From: Amphiscolops sp. MND2022
Lineage: Eukaryota
Assembly (NCBI GenBank): GCA_964187785.1
Contig: OZ076410.1
Span: 69,192,001 to 69,256,000, forward strand
Length of the DNA: 64,000 nt
Direction: 5' to 3'
The notes beneath the pieces were generated by a model. It was not told the origin of the DNA. It searched no databases and worked only from the letters and a program-made list of their open reading frames with translations. Positions within the stretch are counted from its first letter, which is position 1, and each line of letters opens with the position of its first letter. Position numbers and translations under genes: made by a program. Of the stretch, positions 12,201 to 24,657 are shown piece by piece.

Positions 12201-15200
12201 TTCTTTTGGTCTTAGATGCTTCTCGCTTCAATTCAGCCAACGTCTGGTTTCCGGGACTTTCACATGCGCCAGAGTTAGGGGTACCGATGTCTGTTTTACT
12301 ACTGCCGGGAACGGGAAGACTGGGTACCTGGATGGCTGACAAACGGCTAGAACAATTCCCAGTGTCTTCGTCACCCCAAAAGTCTCTTCCACTGGTAGTC
12401 CCTCCCTCTACTGTCGATGTCCCGTCCTACATTATCTATCCCGAATGACGTCAGGTCTCCTTCAGATCCAGTCGTACATGAACGCACAGACCTGGGTCGG
12501 TGCATCTTCGTCTTCCGCATCGTGGGTCAATCTCGGATGCTCAACTGGCTGGCACGGGTAACTACACTATTCAGCATCTCAAACAAAGCCCTGGCCGTCT
12601 CGTCTGCAACGATGCGGAGAATATGGCCTACCTGTTCTTGGTTGAGGGAAATAGTATGATGGCCCTGGGGTAAACTGAATGAATGAGCCTTTTCAAAATA
12701 TGTACGGATGAGCTCCTGACTGTGGATTGAAAGGGGAGCCGGTCCTCCAGAACGCTGAATGACTTCATCAGGGGATACCTTATCTGATCCTTCATTAAAT
12801 CGAGGGGCAAAGTTGCAAACTGGGGCAGCAATAGCGTCAGCGAGTGTAGACCTCTTGGAGTGTTCTGACTCTAGGTCTGTGTTCGCCGGTCCTTCAATCT
12901 CACCAGTCGACATAAACTCTTCCTCTACAGACACCGCATTGGACGGTGGATCCACGTGACCTGATGCAGAGGCACTACTCAGAACACGATGTTCCAGGGC
13001 AGGGGAGAACGCAAACTCAATTGTAGGGGTTTCAATGTTGACCTTACTCTTGGGAAGTTTACTTCCTTGTCCTAGGCCTTGAACGCTAGGATGTAACTGG
13101 GAGGTGGAGAGAGGAATATCATCCTGTGTTGGCTCATCAGTTTGTGCAGAAGTCCCTATGAATTGGCCGACGGGAGCAAGACGGGTAGCGTCACTATAAC
13201 TGGCTTTCGGTGATGAACGGGGCTCGACTGTCCCAGATTGAACTTTACCAGGATTCATGGCTTCGACTTTTCTGGTACAATATGCGCCTACGCTCTCATC
13301 AGTGCCACTACTGCTGAAAACAAAACCTCCTCTGCGGTACATCTCAGCTAATAGAGAAATGCATAAATAAATGCGAAATGTAACTCCGGGCAGATCTTCC
13401 AAAGTCATCCTTATTTTTGTTGGCCAGAGCATCCATTGGTAGACCCTGATTCTGCTTGTCACGTACGTCTCTTTCAGCCATAGCTCTACAAGGGACCCGC
13501 AGTCTGAAACCCAGCTTGATCCTCGAGATAAACTCAGTAACTGTGCGAGCAGTAACCCTCTTGATGTCGAGATGCAAGATGGCTCGCCAATTCTGGTCGT
13601 CTGGCAGATCTTGGGGATTGGTACACCTTCGAGCTAACTTGAATAAATACCAACATAACTCCCGGTACAGACTGTGCCAACTCCTTCCTATCAAGGAAAT
13701 GACTCATCTTCTTAGCTGATCCAGACGTCTTGGACTTGTCTGGCTTGCTGACAACGGCAGGTTTGGAAGTTGACGCTAAATCTTGACTGCCACTCTATGC
13801 TCTACTAGAATCCAACTGCTCTAGAATACCAGCGAGACAAACAAAATCCACACCGTCCCAAGGAATATTTACATCTGAAGTCCCAACCCCAACGAAAGTA
13901 GGCTCGAGTCGGAGGAAAGCAGCAATAGAATTGTCGGAACTAACAGATTCCATACCATTAGTCACGTTCTGAAAGTAGGATTGAACGGGCAATACCCCAT
14001 CCACAAAACCACTCGTTGGATTTTCAGAATCCACTGAGCCAAATTTAACAGGAGGAAGAGTCTGAAATGGCTCGTCTAGACACAAGCTAGCAAAACGGAA
14101 AAGCTTCTGTAACAATGGTCGGCTATGGAGGGAAGGCTGCTCAATGAGGAAATTAACAGTATCTCGGATGAAGAGGACCGGCTGATGCAATTCGGGATAC
14201 TTACGCCGGAGTTCGTCAACAAATGACCTGTATTCCTCGTGACACTCAGCCTCTTGACCAGAAAAAAGTATCCTCGTAGCCGGAAACTAGTGAATAGCTG
14301 AGTAAAACAATAGTCGGCATGAGAGAGAGGGTCATGTAGTAAGGTATCCAGATCAAAGCTTCCAAGCCCTTTCATCAAATCCGTCGTGAGAGACTTTTGG
14401 CTCTGCACTGTACCAAATAAATGCAAAATGTAACTCCGGGCAGATCTTCCAAAGTCATCTTTATTTTTGTTGGCCAGAGCATCCATTGGTAGACCCTGAT
14501 TCTGCTTGTCACGTAGGTCTCTTTCAGCCATAGCTCTACAAGGGACCCGCAGTCTGAAACCCAGCTTGATCCTCGAGATAAACTCAGTAACTGTGAGAGC
14601 AGTAACCTTCTTGATGTCGAGATGCAAGATGGCTAGCCTATTCTGGTCGTCTGGCAGATCTTGGGGATTGGTACACCTTCGAGCTAACTTGAATAAATAC
14701 TAACATAACTCCCGGTACAGATAAAATACTCGGTCCTTGCGTCCACTGAGGTTGATGGTGAAACTGTTAGCGTCTAAACATTACAAGATTTGTTTTGACT
14801 GCAGTCAGGAGGACGTTAGGTACACTAAAGGGAATCACATCAGGAAATCACGCTAGACTCCATTGACCAACATGTAAAAGCGTTGCCTTAGGAAATTTCA
14901 ACTTTCGTCAACAATCTAAGCATACTAACAATCCCGCGCTAAACACTGGAAGAGTTCGAGTTTAGTGGTGAACAAGACGTCGTACATAATAGTCCCCACC
15001 AGGTGCTGAGGCTTAAAGGAAATAAAACTATGACCTAACGTCAAGGCTCTAGTAGACTTTTAGTACTTTGGTCACGAATGAACTACCTGGTTCTTTACTC
15101 CTTGCATTTCTTGGGGGAGAGAATTCGAACTCAAGAAGTCCAAGACAGAACTCCAGTTGGCCAGTAACTCCTCGCATAACACATGCAATTTGGCAAAACC

Positions 15201-18200
15201 TAACTTGCAACTTCGGATTGCCTAATACCAAACATGAAACATGAATTGACAAACTAGTGAAGACCAGACTACATGTCAAAACAGTTAACTAGCCTTTGAC
15301 AGCTCAGGTTCTAAAAGGGTACAATCTAAGTTGAGGCTCCCTCCAAGGAAGACGATCAGGTACTGTAGGACTGACACAAAGTCAATCCGCCCAAAGACAC
15401 AATGGGTACGCTTGTTCATAAGTTTCTGAAGAGAAAACTCCTCGAAATTCTGTGGGCTGTGGATGGCTAAGGGAATAGGGAACTGTTGTCCACTGATTAC
15501 ACTAATTGCAATGAGAATCCACTGCAAGAAACTAGAGAGGGTCTTGTGGCGATGGCAGCTAAAAGTCCGGAAAGTAAGGCAACTTCTGCTGAGGTTCTTC
15601 TTAAGACCCGTCCGGTTCGTTTCGGGACAACGCGACAAAGCTGCTTGTCCTTCCAGAATCTCAAATGGAGGAAGAGGAAAACACCCCTCACTTCGAACTC
15701 CATTGCGTAGAAACCAGTAGACACGACGTGGTGACCAATATCATCGAGCATTTGGACGAATATGTGATGGAATAAGTCCTGAAACACAAGATAATTACGA
15801 CTAAACAAATGAAGAGCATACTCAATGGGACAATGAAGTCAGAATGACGACTAGTCAAATTAGATGCAACCAATTACGATTATACATTAACGCAACTTCA
15901 AACTTTGATAGTTATACTACAACAAGGAAGTATCTACGGAATTAATAGAAAAAACTTACGGAAAGTCTCTCCTTGTCCCAGTTGAAGTCCGAGAGGAGGG
16001 CTTGGTGCTTGACAACCTTTCCAACATCCTTCCACAGTCCTCTAAGAAGCCCAAGGTCACCAATTGACGGAAAAAGTGGCGAAGAATTGAAATCTGAACC
16101 CTAATTCGATTTTCCGAGAAGGACATCATGTGAGTATTACCAGACTTGGCTTCATGGTAGTACGGCAGTTTTTCACCGATGTCCACTAATATAGCGTCTT
16201 TAAATTGTTGATATTCCTTTTGTAAATCATTTGGCGATAGCACCTGACCCTTTCCGTCTCTGACCTGGTGGTGTAATGCTTTGGTAAGAGGATCTTCGAC
16301 TGCAAGGTGCTCATATCGCCACCTCTGGTCTTTGCGGAGGTGACGTTCGGTAGAATAATGCCTCGAAATATCTTTGACGCCTCGACCGTATATTGAGACG
16401 TTCCCCTTACAAATTTGACAATAAAATTTGTAAGGGTTCCACCTTGGGTCCAACGGACCAGACACGAATGCGCGCGCCCAAGTCATCCCATTTAACAGTT
16501 CGTCTCTGAGGATCTTACTGGATCTAGTCACAGCTCTGCGAGGGTTTTTCACTTTACCCTTGGGCGTGGGCTTCTTGCGGCCCTTCTTTTGGTCTTAGAT
16601 GCTTCTCGCTTCAATTCAGCCAACGTCTGGTTTCCGGGACTTTCACATGCGCCAGAGTTAGGGGTACCGATGTCTGTTTTACTACTGCCGGGAACGGGAA
16701 GACTGGGTACCTGGATGGCTGACAAACGGCTAGAACAATTCCCAGTGTCTTCGTCACCCCAAAAGTCTCTTCCACTGGTAGTCCCTCCCTCTACTGTCGA
16801 TGTCCCGTCCTACATTATCTATCCCGAATGACGTCAGGTCTCCTTCAGATCCAGTCGTACATGAACGCACAGACCTGGGTCGGTGCATCTTCGTCTTCCG
16901 CATCGTGGGTCAATCTCGGATGCTCAACTGGCTGGCACGGGTAACTACACTATTCAGCATCTCAAACAAAGCCCTGGCCGTCTCGTCTGCAACGATGCGG
17001 AGAATATGGCCTACCTGTTCTTGGTTGAGGGAAATAGTATGATGGCCCTGGGGTAAACTGAATGAATGAGCCTTTTCAAAATATGTACGGATGAGCTCCT
17101 GACTGTGGATTGAAAGGGGAGCCGGTCCTCCAGAACGCTGAATGACTTCATCAGGGGATACCTTATCTGATCCTTCATTAAATCGAGGGGCAAAGTTGCA
17201 AACTGGGGCAGCAATAGCGTCAGCGAGTGTAGACCTCTTGGAGTGTTCTGACTCTAGGTCTGTGTTCGCCGGTCCTTCAATCTCACCAGTCGACATAAAC
17301 TCTTCCTCTACAGACACCGCATTGGACGGTGGATCCACGTGACCTGATGCAGAGGCACTACTCAGAACACGATGTTCCAGGGCAGGGGAGAACGCAAACT
17401 CAATTGTAGGGGTTTCAATGTTGACCTTACTCTTGGGAAGTTTACTTCCTTGTCCTAGGCCTTGAACGCTAGGATGTAACTGGGAGGTGGAGAGAGGAAT
17501 ATCATCCTGTGTTGGCTCATCAGTTTGTGCAGAAGTCCCTATGAATTGGCCGACGGGAGCAAGACGGGTAGCGTCACTATAACTGGCTTTCGGTGATGAA
17601 CGGGGCTCGACTGTCCCAGATTGAACTTTACCAGGATTCATGGCTTCGACTTTTCTGGTACAATATGCGCCTACGCTCTCATCAGTGCCACTACTGCTGA
17701 AAACAAAACCTCCTCTGCGGTACATCTCAGCTAATAGAGAAATGCATAAATAAATGCGAAATGTAACTCCGGGCAGATCTTCCAAAGTCATCCTTATTTT
17801 TGTTGGCCAGAGCATCCATTGGTAGACCCTGATTCTGCATGTCACGTACGTCTCTTTCAGCCATAGCTCTACAAGGGACCCGCAGTCTGAAACCCAGCTT
17901 GATCCTCGAGATAAACTCAGTAACTGTGCGAGCAGTAACCCTCTTGATGTCGAGATGCAAGATGGCTCGCCAATTCTGGTCGTCTGGCAGATCTTGGGGA
18001 TTGGTACACCTTCGAGCTAACTTGAATAAATACCAACATAACTCCCGGTACAGATAAAATCCTCGGTCCTTGCGTCCACTGAGGTTGATGGTGAAACTGT
18101 TAGCGTCTAAACATTACAAGATTTGTTTTGACTGCAGTTAGGAGGACGTTAGGTACACTAAAAGGAATCACATCAGGAAATCACGCTAGACTCCATTGAC

Positions 18201-21077
18201 CAACATGTAAAAGCGTTGCCTTAGGAAACTTCAACTTTCGTCAACAATCTAATCATACTAACAATCCCGCGCTAAACACTGGAAGAGTTCGAGTTTAGTG
18301 GTGAACAAGACGTCGTACATAATAGTCCCCACCAGGTGCTGAGGTTTAAAGGAAATAAAACTATGACCTAACGTCAAGGCTCTAGTAGACTTTTAGTACT
18401 TTGGTCACGAATGAACTACCTGGTTCTTTACTCCTTGCATTTCTTGGGGGAGAGAATTCGAACTCAAGAAGTCCAAGACAGAACTCCAGTTGGCCAGATA
18501 CTCCTCGCATAACACATGCAATTTGGCAAAATCTAACTTGCAACTTCGGATTGCCTAACACCAAACATGAAACATGAAATGACAAACTAGTGAAGACCAG
18601 ACTACATGTCAAAACAGTTAACTAGCCTTTGACAGCTCAGGTGCTAGTAGGGTACATTCAAGTTGAGGCTCCCTCCAAGGAAGACGATCAGGTACTGTAG
18701 GACTGACACAAAGTCAATCCGCCCAAAGACACAATGGGTACGGTTGCTCATAAGTTTCTGAAGAGAAAATTCCTCGAATATCTGTGGGCTGTGGATGGCT
18801 AAGGGAATAGGGAACTGTTGTCCACTGATTACACTAATTGCAATGAGAATCCACTGCAAGAAACTAGAGAGGGTCTTGTGGCGATGGCAGCTAAAAGTCC
18901 GGAAAGTAAGGCAACTTCTGCTGAGGTTCTTCTTAAGACCCGTCCGGTTCGTTTCGGGACAACGCGACAAAGCTGCTTGTCCTTCCAGAATCTCAAATGG
19001 AGGAAGAGGAAAACACCCCTCACTTCGAACTCCATTGCGTAGAAACCAGTAGACACGACGTGGTGACCAATATCATCGAGCATTTGGACGAATATGTGAT
19101 GGAATAAGACCTGAAACACAAGATAATTACGACTAAACAAATGAAGAGCATACTCAATGGGACAATGAAGTCAGAATGACGACTAGTCAAATTAGATGCA
19201 ACCAATTACGATTATACATTAACGCAACTTCAAACTTTGATAGTTATACTACAACAAGGAAGTATCTACGGAATTAATAGAAAAAACTTACGGAAAGTCT
19301 CTCCTTGTCCCAGTTGAAGTCCGAGAGGAGGGCTTGGTGGTTGACAACCTTTCCAACATCCTTCCACAGTCCTCTAAGAAGCCCAAGGTCACCAATTGAC
19401 GGAAAAAGTGGCGAAGAATTGAAATCTGAACCCTAATTCGATTTTCCGAGAAGGACATCATGTGAGTATTACCAGACTTGGCTTCATGGTAGTACGGCAG
19501 TTTTTCACCGATGTCCACTAATATAGCGTCTTTAAATTGTTGATATTCCTTTTGTAAATCATTTGGCGATAGCACCTGACCCTTTCCGTCTCTGACCTGG
19601 TGGTGTAATGCTTTGGTAAGAGGATCTTCGACTGCAAGGTGCTCATATCGCCACCTCTGGTCTTTGCGGAGGTGACGTTCGGTAGAATAATGCCTCGAAA
19701 TATCTTTGACGCCTCGACCGTATATTGAGACGTTCCCCTTACAAATTTGACAATAAAATTTGTAAGGGTTCCACCTTGGGTCCAACGGACCAGACACGAA
19801 TGCGCGCGCCCAAGTCATCCCATTTAACAGTTCGTCTCTGAGGATCTTACTGGATCTAGTCACAGCTCTGCGAGGGTTTTTCACTTTACCCTTGGGCGTG
19901 GGCTTCTTGCGGCCCTTCTTTTGGTCTTAGATGCTTCTCGCTTCAATTCAGCCAACGTCTGGTTTCCGGGACTTTCACATGCGCCAGAGTTAGGGGTACC
20001 GATGTCTGTTTTACTACTGCCGGGAACGGGAAGACTGGGTACCTGGATGGCTGACAAACGGCTAGAACAATTCCCAGTGTCTTCGTCACCCCAAAAGTCT
20101 CTTCCACTGGTAGTCCCTCCCTCTACTGTCGATGTCCCGTCCTACATTATCTATCCCGAATGACGTCAGGTCTCCTTCAGATCCAGTCGTACATGAACGC
20201 ACAGACCTGGGTCGGTGCATCTTCGTCTTCCGCATCGTGGGTCAATCTCGGATGCTCAACTGGCTGGCACGGGTAACTACACTATTCAGCATCTCAAACA
20301 AAGCCCTGGCCGTCTCGTCTGCAACGATGCGGAGAATATGGCCTACCTGTTCTTGGTTGAGGGAAATAGTATGATGGCCCTGGGGTAAACTGAATGAATG
20401 AGCCTTTTCAAAATATGTACGGATGAGCTCCTGACTGTGGATTGAAAGGGGAGCCGGTCCTCCAGAACGCTGAATGACTTCATCAGGGGATACCTTATCT
20501 GATCCTTCATTAAATCGAGGGGCAAAGTTGCAAACTGGGGCAGCAATAGCGTCAGCGAGTGTAGACCTCTTGGAGTGTTCTGACTCTAGGTCTGTGTTCG
20601 CCGGTCCTTCAATCTCACCAGTCGACATAAACTCTTCCTCTACAGACACCGCATTGGACGGTGGATCCACGTGACCTGATGCAGAGGCACTACTCAGAAC
20701 ACGATGTTCCAGGGCAGGGGAGAACGCAAACTCAATTGTAGGGGTTTCAATGTTGACCTTACTCTTGGGTAGTTTACTTCCTTGTCCTAGGCCTTGAACG
20801 CTAGGATGTAACTGGGAGGTGGAGAGAGGAATATCATCCTGTGTTGACTCATCAGTTTGTGCAGAAGTTCCTATGAATTGGCCGACGGGAGCAAGACGGG
20901 TAGCGTCACTATAACTGGCTTTCGGTGATGAACGGGGCTCGACTGTCCCAGATTGAACTTTACCAGGATTCATGGCTTCGACTTTTTTGGTACAATATGC
21001 GCCTACGCTCTCATCAGTGCCACTACTGCTGAAAACAAAACCTCCTCTGCGGTACATCTCAGCTAATAGAGAAATGC
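9283..21077. repeat. Near-identical internal tandem amplification, structure A-X-B-X'-A-X-B-X'-B (periods ~4,385 and ~3,333 bp)
   Basis: ORF sets repeat at 10665/15049/18382 and 12527/16910/20242. The ~305-bp X segment recurs at ~10031-10336, 13365-13670, ~14415-14720 and ~17748-18053. Confidence 0.95.
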
Positions 21078-21900
21078 ATTCAGCTTCCTTCTTGACTTGA
21101 GGGCTAGACTGTTGTCCGGGAGTGGCTGGTTTTGCTGGCAAAGGTTTCTTCAGGCTCGGTTGAAGATAAGGTGATCTCAAACATCTCAATGGCATCTTCT
21201 GTTCGATCGCTATCCTGTTCAGCGACGTCAACTCCAGTTTGGTCAATTTCCATATTCTCTTCAGTGTTCTGAGCTGGTTGGCCGTTTGAAATTTCTCCTG
21301 AACGGAAAGAAATAAACGAGCGCGGTTGACTTGAGCGCAGGCGACTGCATAAAAATCCATCTTACCGCTAAAATAAGAACCTTCCGGAAGTGAGTTTGAC
21401 ACAATGTTCATGCCTTTAGCAAACATTTCATGATGGAGGAAGTTAAGAAGTTGGAATTAAACCCTGATCAAGTTTACTTCTAACACAATTAAAAGAACCA
21501 ACCTGATGTCTTGTCCACAGGAAAAGGCAGAATTGATGATCCTCAGTTTGAGATTTCACGACAGAAGAGAAGTTACAACCCAACAGGAGGGGTGTCGTTA
21601 TGTCAATGTGACTGCAGTGCTTGGATGGGTAGAGCTGAATTGCCTGTGATCCGCAAGGTAACAAAAAATTTGAATCTGGAAAACCCGGGTAACAATACCG
21701 AATTTATCAAAAGGACGGAACTAAATTGAGAAGACAATAAATCAAAACGTTAAAACGTTTGATGTGAATTGAGCTTGTCAGTTAGTTGAAACACACGACA
21801 GAAATAGCTATAAAACCCAAGGTCAGAGAGACTACACGAGATACAAAACGTAAATCAATATAGTTCAAGTGATGCTGCTCGGGGATGGAATTACAACGAA
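9410..21900 (-). pseudogene. E1 antisense multi-exon gene: low-complexity N-terminus, BED-like zinc finger, long C-terminal body (putative hAT-like fold); central part present in three copies
   Basis: ORFs 20242-21426, 19288-19884 / 11528-12169 (FYCQICKGNISIYGRGVKDISRHYSTERH = C-x2-C...H-x5-H), 11113-11424 and 9410-10243 read colinearly on minus. GT-AG intron at 11395-11575. One copy would be roughly 1,400-1,500 codons. The 5' end is approximate. Confidence 0.75.
11395..11575 (-). other. Phase-0 spliceosomal intron (181 bp) in the E1 antisense gene; copies at 15779-15959 and 19111-19291
   Basis: Minus-strand GTAAGTT donor after FNWGKERLS and cttgtgtttCAG acceptor before VLFHHIF; the frame is restored on splicing. 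Confidence 0.8.
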
Positions 21901-22686
21901 GACTGAAAAAAGAAAAACGTTTGAAACTAATTCACTGAGTCTACTCGTGTGTAATATAGTGTTTGCTCAAGCTGCCCAAGCGTCGACTTGACAGCACTCA
22001 AATACATGTATCTTGTTACAGCGCTGCTAGAACCTAGACATAAAAATTACAACAAGTATTAGTTAGCTTAATGGCCTATTAGTTAATAATTGATTTGGCC
22101 AAGGTGTACTGAACCTGCCAGTGATGTACTCATTCCGGTACAAATCAACCAACTTCATCATGTTATTCTACCATAATCACTTTACTAATCATTCCACTTG
22201 AAATTCCTTCATAGTCATCGAATCTGTCCCAATTCATCATTTGCCTGCTATTTCATTCATTTTACTTCTTTACAAATTCTGAGATTCAACATGATTAGCC
22301 AAACCAATCATTGCCGTCAAGATGACCGACGGTCTTTGAAGCTGTTTGTTGACAGAGAGTTAACGGTAACACCTCTTCACGTAACGCTGAGACGCCTTTG
22401 AAGAGGAAAGTAAATTCAACTCGAGTGGCTAGTTAATAAGCCAACACCACCAATTAAATATGAATTGTTTGACGAACGTTAAGTAAGAGGAAAGCCTAAA
22501 AAAGAAAAATTAGGGAAAAGTGAAGATGAATTTCCCGCTTCCTCTCACCCGCGAAAATGAGATTGGACCTCACGTCAGTTTGACTGCACCAAAATCATTC
22601 TTCTACTAAAACTTCTCAAAATCAGCCGAACCCGAATCTCGTTCAAAATTGCCAAAAAACTGCTCCTCCAACGCTTCACCAAAGAG

Positions 22687-23511
22687 ATGTCTCTGCAATT
22701 CTCTATTGACGATCTCGCTAGACCGCTCGTTAGTCTTTCATATCAATCCTCAGATGAGGACATGGAGATAGACTCAGTCTCTGTGACTGATAGTTTTGAT
22801 AATCCCGATTCTGATGATGACATTCAAGTTCTCGCCTGTTTCCGGTAAAATATTCCTTTCCCCTCTCAATTGGCAGGAGGACGCGCTATGGCAACTGAAC
22901 TGACAAAGTGTCTCAATTACCTCAGTTTGCTCCATGAGGACTTAACTGACTCAATTAGCACTTTTACTGAACCTCCCCAGGAGCTGCTCGACTGGTGCGT
23001 CGGTGGTCCCCCAAACAATGACCACGATTGCTACACAGATGACCACCCAATCGCACAGTGCAGCCAACTCAACCCGATTCGAGATTCCCCCTGGTCAACC
23101 CCACCAGAAAAACAAGCCCCCGCTGCCAATTTCGTTAACCAACAATACCGGAACGACGATGTTGACTCATGGTATGGCAATGCACACATAACTGGACTGG
23201 GAATTAGTGTCAGCAGTTCCTGCGGCCTTCAAAACGAAACATTCCACAGAAGTTGTGTAGTTTGTGGCAAATCGTTTGAGGACATCAGGACCGAGATCAC
23301 CCTGGTGTATCTGGAGCAGACACACATCGCAGGAGAAACATATGAACAACGTGCAGCACGTCGCGACGCCTTCCAAGCTGGTATGAAAGCCCGGTCTTTC
23401 ATCCTAGTCCCCCGGGGAGTGTCGCAGGCTGCCGCCTGTGATGACATTCTCTACCAAATAACGCCTGAAAGTGACCAAACTAATCCAAGACCGGGGGTCT
23501 TGCCCATATAA
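22687..23511 (+). pseudogene. E1 sense ORF3 (~274 codons, one internal stop), acidic N-terminus and CxxC; runs through the PPT into the 3' LTR
   Basis: ATG at 22687 (MSLQFSIDDL...) is in frame with track ORF 22870-23511 across a single TAA near 22846. Contains SCVVCGKSF. The last ~30 codons lie within the LTR. Confidence 0.6.
23414..23419 (+). promoter_or_regulatory. E1 polypurine tract (short)
   Basis: GGGGAG immediately before the 3' LTR start TGTCGC at 23420. Confidence 0.65.
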
Positions 23512-24263
23512 ACTCTTCTGCCTACCTAAAAAGGTTTACAAAAATAAACTGATGCAAATTAATAACTTTGAAACCTGTACAATGACTATTTTATACATCA
23601 TGGATTTTCTACAATTTGACCAAAGGTCAACTGGACGGCAACTCCACGTTTGAACTGTGACAAGTGCTGATTTGATACCATTTTATACAGCATACTGCAA
23701 TCTTGTTGTGCTAATTTGGAAGTGCCCTAATATACAGCGAGACAAGCTTGAAAGCGTGAAAACGCACTTAGCTGGTGAACTACTGCAGTCAAACCAACGT
23801 GTAGTCAAACCTTTATTTCAACCAATCAGAACGCAGTATGGAATATCCACTGCAGTCATGCTGACGCTAGGTCAGATTTGATGAATAAATAAATATTACA
23901 GTTGCCGCCTCATGAATTGTTGCCTTTGAAGTAGAATTAGTTTCATGTAAATTGACATGTTGTTAGTTTGATACTATTTATATCCTCCCCCCTAAAGTGA
24001 CGCAATGTCACCACCCACAGTCTGTTTTTGGAACCAGATGACGTAATTACTGAATTCGAGCTAAATTTAGCCTGACCTTAATCCAAATTTAGTAACATGA
24101 CGTGCGAATTTAGACTTGTCATGCTGTTACAGCTATAGATAAGCGGAATCTGATCTAAAAGGAATCATTCTTTGATAAACGAAATACTCTCAATGCGCAA
24201 CTTTGTTCATTTGTAACTTTCACCAATTCATTGTTGAACTGAATTTCTTCTCTAGAATATGCC
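23420..24263 (+). repeat. E1 3' LTR, truncated just after the gag ATG
   Basis: Matches 1234-2088 up to aatatgCC, then switches to repeat R (ccaccgagacgc). Confidence 0.9.
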
Positions 24264-24657
24264 ACCGAGACGCAAGAAGCTTCGGACACAGGTATGGAAA
24301 ACTATTAAAACTTGCAAAATCTATTTACAGTGCAGCTTAGTCTTTTTCCGGATAACTAAATCTACTTAAGCGTTATGGAACAATTTTTGGAAATGATTTT
24401 AACCCAAGCTAAAACTTCCGGTATAACAGTTTACACGTGATCATTTTATTTCCAGTTTATCTTCTGAACTTCACATGCCGATCTAAATAGCAAAACAGAG
24501 ACAAATTACGTAACGGCAATTAGCTCTCCTTTTCCACCCTGAAATGAAAACATCAAAGAGAAAATATAACTCCGTAATCACAACGGAATTTATACAATCT
24601 AAAATGAAAAGGACATACAGAATAGTACAGTGGATTGTTCTTCGACATTGAAATAGT
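24262..24657 (+). repeat. Repeat R: 3' internal segment of an E2-like element (also 40987-41397; partial copies 26130-26360, 27837-28067, 29544-29750)
   Basis: About 90% alike by eye to 40987-41397, which lies between the E2 antisense-gene ATG and the E2 3' LTR. Confidence 0.8.

Larger units (their letters stand above)
1234..24263 (+). mobile_element. E1: giant Ty3/Gypsy LTR retrotransposon (decayed) with gag-pol, an antisense spliced gene (internally amplified) and a sense ORF3
   Basis: Direct terminal repeats start TGT(A/C)GCAGGCTGCC at 1234 and 23420 (roughly 95% alike by eye). PBS-like TGG at 2731, GGGGAG PPT before the 3' LTR, and PR-RT-RH-INT order. Confidence 0.92.

Noticed and set aside
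9410-21900. DIRS/tyrosine-recombinase element, or an independent nested DNA transposon, as the explanation for the antisense gene
   Set aside because: No YR R-H-R-Y motifs, no second RT, no TIR or TSD around the gene, and the same position and orientation recurs in three families.
22687-23511. ORF3 as an envelope gene
   Set aside because: No signal peptide, furin site or C-terminal transmembrane helix; too short.
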